From positions 576,001 through 640,000 of the forward strand of contig CAVUZH010000003.1 in assembly GCA_963745835.1 (NCBI GenBank): a stretch of 64,000 nucleotides of DNA, read 5' to 3'. Below are positions 60,167 through 64,000 of this stretch, piece after piece. Each line of letters starts with the position of its first letter. Positions within the stretch are counted from its first letter, which is position 1. Source of the stretch: an uncultured delta proteobacterium. Lineage in GTDB: Bacteria > Desulfobacterota > Binatia > UBA9968. The notes below the pieces were generated by a model. The model was given only the letters and a program-made list of their open reading frames with translations. It was not told the DNA's origin and did not search any database. A program made the translations under genes and the position numbers.

Positions 60167-61409
60167 ATGTCGGGAATAATAGTCATGTCATCTCTGCAAT
60201 CTTCAGAAGCTCTTTCTAAGCAGACAAATTTTTGGTGCTCCATTAGCAGACCTATTATCGGTCTTTCACCGATGGACGGAGTCACCGACGCATCGTTTCG
60301 TTACATCACAGCGAAATACGGTGGGCCGGACGTCACATTTACCGAGTTCGTTAACATCCAAGCCGCTTTTCACGCAGCGCACACGCTGATTAAAGATCTG
60401 ACCTATTGTGAAATCGAACGGCCGGTGGTTGCGCAGATCTATGGGCGTGTCGCCGGAGCTGTTTTATAAAGTAGCGCACATTGTGTGCGAACTCGGCTTC
60501 GACGGTTTGGACATTAATATGGGTTGCCCGGCAAAAAAGGTTGCCGCAGCAGGCTGCGGTGCAGCGCTGATCCGAGACGCCGGAACTGGCTCGTTCGATC
60601 ATCAGAGCGGCAAAACGCGGTATCAAAGACTGGTGTGCCGGACAGACGCTCAGTGATATTCAAGTAGAACCGGAACTCATCGAAAAGATCAGAATTGCCA
60701 ATCGATTGCGCACAGGAACGGATGGTCCGCATGCAGCGGCCGCCAATTCCAGTATCGGTCAAGACTCGCTTGGGGTATGACCGAATCGTGGTGGAGGAGT
60801 GGATTGCAACTTTGTTGGAAGAAAAACCGGCTGCTATCTCTCTCCACGGCCGCACGTTGCAGCAGGGATATAAAGGCAACGCCGATTGGGGTGCTATAGC
60901 GCGCGCCGTGGAAGTCGGCAAAGGGTCGGAAACCCTTATTCTTGGCAATGGCGATCTGCAGGATATGACGCAGGTCCAGCATCGTGTTCGTGAGACACAA
61001 GTGGATGGGGTGCTTCTCGGGCGCGTCGCTCAAGGCAATCCATGGATCTTTAGAGCAAAGCATCAGGTAAAACGCGCGCTCGCAGAAAACCGAAGCCTCA
61101 TTCATTGCCAGCATGCCTGTTAGCCTGGAAGAACGCTTTCGCGTCATCTCGGAGCATAGCAGCCATCACGAGCTGCAGGCAGCGGGTGAAAATTTCGTCG
61201 GAATTCGAAAGCATCTAACCTGGTATTGCCGGGGTTTTCGCGGCGCGGCGGAAATGCGCTCGCAAATGGTTCGAGTAAAAACCGCCGAGGAGGTCATACA
61301 ATGCTTACTTAATTTCACCCTCCAATCTACCGAAGCGGAGCGCAGAACCAACGAGTGGCATGAAGATCCGGCAGCAATCGTAACGCCGGAGCGCCACGTT
61401 AGCCTCTAA
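60167..61409 (+). CDS. dus: tRNA-dihydrouridine synthase (frameshifted)
   Basis: [38 protein letters not shown]...GNPWIF, RKHL.WY across frames. Confidence 0.9.
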
Positions 61410-61437
61410 GCCAAGCCAACAAGACTTCGTCAATACC

Positions 61438-62063
61438 ATGGGGCTGATTCTTGCTTCAACCTCACCGCGCCGCCGGGAAATACTGGCGCTTCTCGGCCTG
61501 CCATTTGATGTAATCCAGCCGGATTTTGAAGAAACCTTGTCGTCGCTACGGAGCATCGAAGAAGAGGTTATCGAATTTGCGGTCGGTAAAGCTCAATCGG
61601 TGGCAAGACAGAATCCGCAAGCCGTCGTTATAGGTAGTGACACGATGATCTCACTCGATGGGGCGAAAATCGGCAAACCGCGTGACCTGTCCGATGCTCG
61701 AGCGATGCTTGTCAAGCTCGCAGGACGAACCCATTTCATTTACACCAGTGTGGCGATCATCGATGGATTGGGTGGCTCTGGCCTGAAGGTCATCGAGAAA
61801 GTCAGCGTAAGAATGCGCGATTTCTCCGATGCTGCAGTTGAAGACTATCTTGCTTGCGGTGAGTCCCTCGATAAAGCCGGCGCCTATTCGATACAAGGCG
61901 AGGGGCGTCAGTTGATAACTCTATCGAAGGCGACTATCTGGCGGCGGTGGGCCTTCCATTGAAGGTGATTGCCGAGTATCTGAAGGACCGCGGCATTGCT
62001 GTCCCGCTAAGCATCGATTCGCTCTATGCGAAAAAATCTTTTTTGAATTGGCAGAGCTTCTGA
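61438..62063 (+). CDS. maf: Maf nucleotide pyrophosphatase (frameshift near 3' end)
   Basis: LILASTSPRRRE, GSDT, GKP, DKAGAYSIQG, then G.YLAAVGLP in the next frame. Confidence 0.9.
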
Positions 62064-62070
62064 TGGTCGA

Positions 62071-62951
62071 CTAATCAAAACGGAATGACGCATCCGTTCC
62101 CTCAACCTGCCCCTTTGAGCGACGGCCGGTTAAAAGTTCCTTTGAATCTGACACCCTGCGTTGAATACACACCGCGAAGGTCCAAGGCCTTGGGCAATTC
62201 TTGCTTGATGACAGGCAAGGCAGCTCGGAGTTTGCCCATATCGAGATGATCAAAACGCAGCTCGCCGTCGAGCGGCAGGTCTCTAAGGCCTTTATTGACC
62301 CCGAGAGGACCTACCGCGGCTTTGATTTTTAGATTTTGTTCCGGCGCAAAAACGGCCATCGCCAGTTCGAACGCAAAAGAGTTCTCGTGGTCCAAATCAG
62401 TCGTCTTAAAATCGAGTCGGTCCACCGTCAAATCACTGCCATTCGTCTGATCGACATAGTGAATGGTTCCGTTGATGACCTGCATCAATGAGTTGGGAAT
62501 TAACGCGGGCGAATACACGTCTCGTCTGGCTCCGGGATGTTATCGACCTCTCGCTGCTTTGTTTCCTCGTGCTTTCCGGTCCGAGGGAGGAAAAGTTGTA
62601 AACACCGGCATTGTCACGGATGATTGTGATCACGGCAGCGTGAACGATGACTTCTTTAGTGCGAAGCTGATAAAGGAAAAGCGGCAGAAACTTGAAAGTC
62701 ACAGTGACATCGTTGGCGGTTAGAAAAGCGTTCTTCGAAAAGACCGGGTCGTCCGCCATGGAGAACTCTTTTAGATGCAATCCAATCCCGGGCACAAAGG
62801 TCATCCGTACTTCCCGCGCTGAGATCTTGCGGCCCCAGCTCCGCTCTAAATGCTGCAGTAGAAGAGATTCGCTGTTGGACAGCAGCAAGGTGAGGACAAA
62901 GGCTCCGAGCCCGCCGCAAACTAAGATAACAATAATGAGGGATCTTCGCAT
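62071..62951 (-). pseudogene. AsmA N-terminal paralog, frameshifted and short
   Basis: MADDPVFS, FLPL, GVYNFSSLG, G.DLTV..L parallel the N-terminus of 57339-59822. Confidence 0.7.
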
Positions 62952-63150
62952 GTTCGGGCAAACGTTAAGCCGGCACCGCGAGAAAGTCCAGCATGTGCAC
63001 GACGGTCCGGAAATCTCCGTTACTTGATATCACCGCCAGCTAAGTTCCTGCGACCACATGTTTGTTGTACTTCTTCATAGCCGAAGATATTGCAGGCGAG
63101 CACCGCTTTCACCCCCGCGGGTGAATTTAGATTAGCCGTGGTGAAAACCG

Positions 63151-63900
63151 TTGCGTCTTGATCGTCAGTATACTATCACTGGGTGGGCACGAGGGATCTG
63201 TGCTATTTTTCTCGGCTCTTCACGGAACTCAGTTGACGTGCAAAATAAAATCGCCTCAAACATAGCGCGTCAGCCTTGGCTGCGCTCGGCGCGTTGTCCG
63301 AATCTTGAGCTTGCTCTCATTCTGTTCTTGCTTTCTTGCTCACTGATCCCGAGTATCTCTGTCGTCAGAGATGAGCGGATCGAACGATTGCTGAAGGACG
63401 AAGCGGAACAAACCCTCGCGATCAGTGAAGACGCGACAAATACATCAATTATCAGATCTTTCTTTCTGATTTCCTCGCGCGATATTCTGGGGATGAGCAT
63501 CGGGCAAGGCGGATTTATATCAGTTACAAATTGGGCAACGCGCACTCATAGTCGGCGCTATCTTTGGCTTCTCAGGCAAACTTCGGCGCATGAGATCGCT
63601 CACGAGATCGCACGCCACGCCGATTATCGGCAGGTTAATTTCAATCGCTCGTCCGACGAAAATGGAATGACCAGTCGCGATGTTGGACTACCCTGGTATG
63701 TCATCTTTCAGCCATACTCGTTAGAGAAGGAACTTCAGACGGATTTTGATGGGATGCGGCATTGGAAAAGCTTGCAGTGGGACTGCAGCATTTGGGTGCG
63801 GATTTTAGAGGACTTCCAAGGGCAAAATTCTTCCGGCGATAAGAATCATCCGACCCAAACCCGTCTACACCAGGCAGCCGCCGCCTGCCGTTCAGCCTGA
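63151..63900 (+). CDS. M48-like zinc metallopeptidase (probably frameshifted; start uncertain)
   Basis: AHEIAH, YS.EKELQ.D, HP....RL motifs; LSC lipobox-like segment. Confidence 0.65.
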   Translation: MRLDRQYTITGWARGICAIFLGSSRNSVDVQNKIASNIARQPWLRSARCPNLELALILFLLSCSLIPSISVVRDERIERLLKDEAEQTLAISEDATNTSIIRSFFLISSRDILGMSIGQGGFISVTNWATRTHSRRYLWLLRQTSAHEIAHEIARHADYRQVNFNRSSDENGMTSRDVGLPWYVIFQPYSLEKELQTDFDGMRHWKSLQWDCSIWVRILEDFQGQNSSGDKNHPTQTRLHQAAAACRSA

Positions 63901-64000
63901 GTTAATTGTCACCTCTCGGTGTAAACTCATCCGAACGGCAGGCATATAATTCCGAAAACTGAATCAGAGTCTTTTTGTTTAGTAGATTATTGATCCGCGT

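Overview
Bacterial chromosomal window of moderately high GC. The many orphan solute-binding proteins, amidohydrolases, molybdo-hydroxylase subunits and short intergenic repeats suggest a Candidatus Binatia/Deltaproteobacteria-like organism (inference only). 1-39 kb is mostly catabolic and transport genes: two xanthine-dehydrogenase-type Mo subunits, tcuAB, two Bug/TctC receptors, an enolase, an amidase, a thiolase+DUF35 pair, two ornithine-cyclodeaminase paralogs, NitT/TauT binding proteins and ettA. A mutT-slt-pgsA-tRNA-Gly(GCC) block is followed by a ~14.4 kb island bounded by a 75-bp perfect direct repeat of the tRNA 3' end. The island has no recognisable integrase and carries gene relics (Ku, LigD, HsdR, response regulator), small secreted proteins and an ECF sigma/ZAS/di-heme cytochrome c unit. 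56-64 kb holds MFS, AsmA, Dus, Maf and M48 genes, most broken by single-base frameshifts that are probably long-read errors. The most interesting signals are non-coding: (1) a tandem two-terminator leader between mpsC (DUF2294) and an orphan ABC permease that resembles two different alkali-cation riboswitches in series; (2) three copies of a ~126-nt covarying hairpin, each sitting at a stop codon in sense orientation; (3) an orphan integron cassette with a clear attC, next to a SIR2-like gene; (4) a ~214-bp MITE and a GEMM-I-like RNA relic. All family assignments come from motif recognition by eye; no searches were run.
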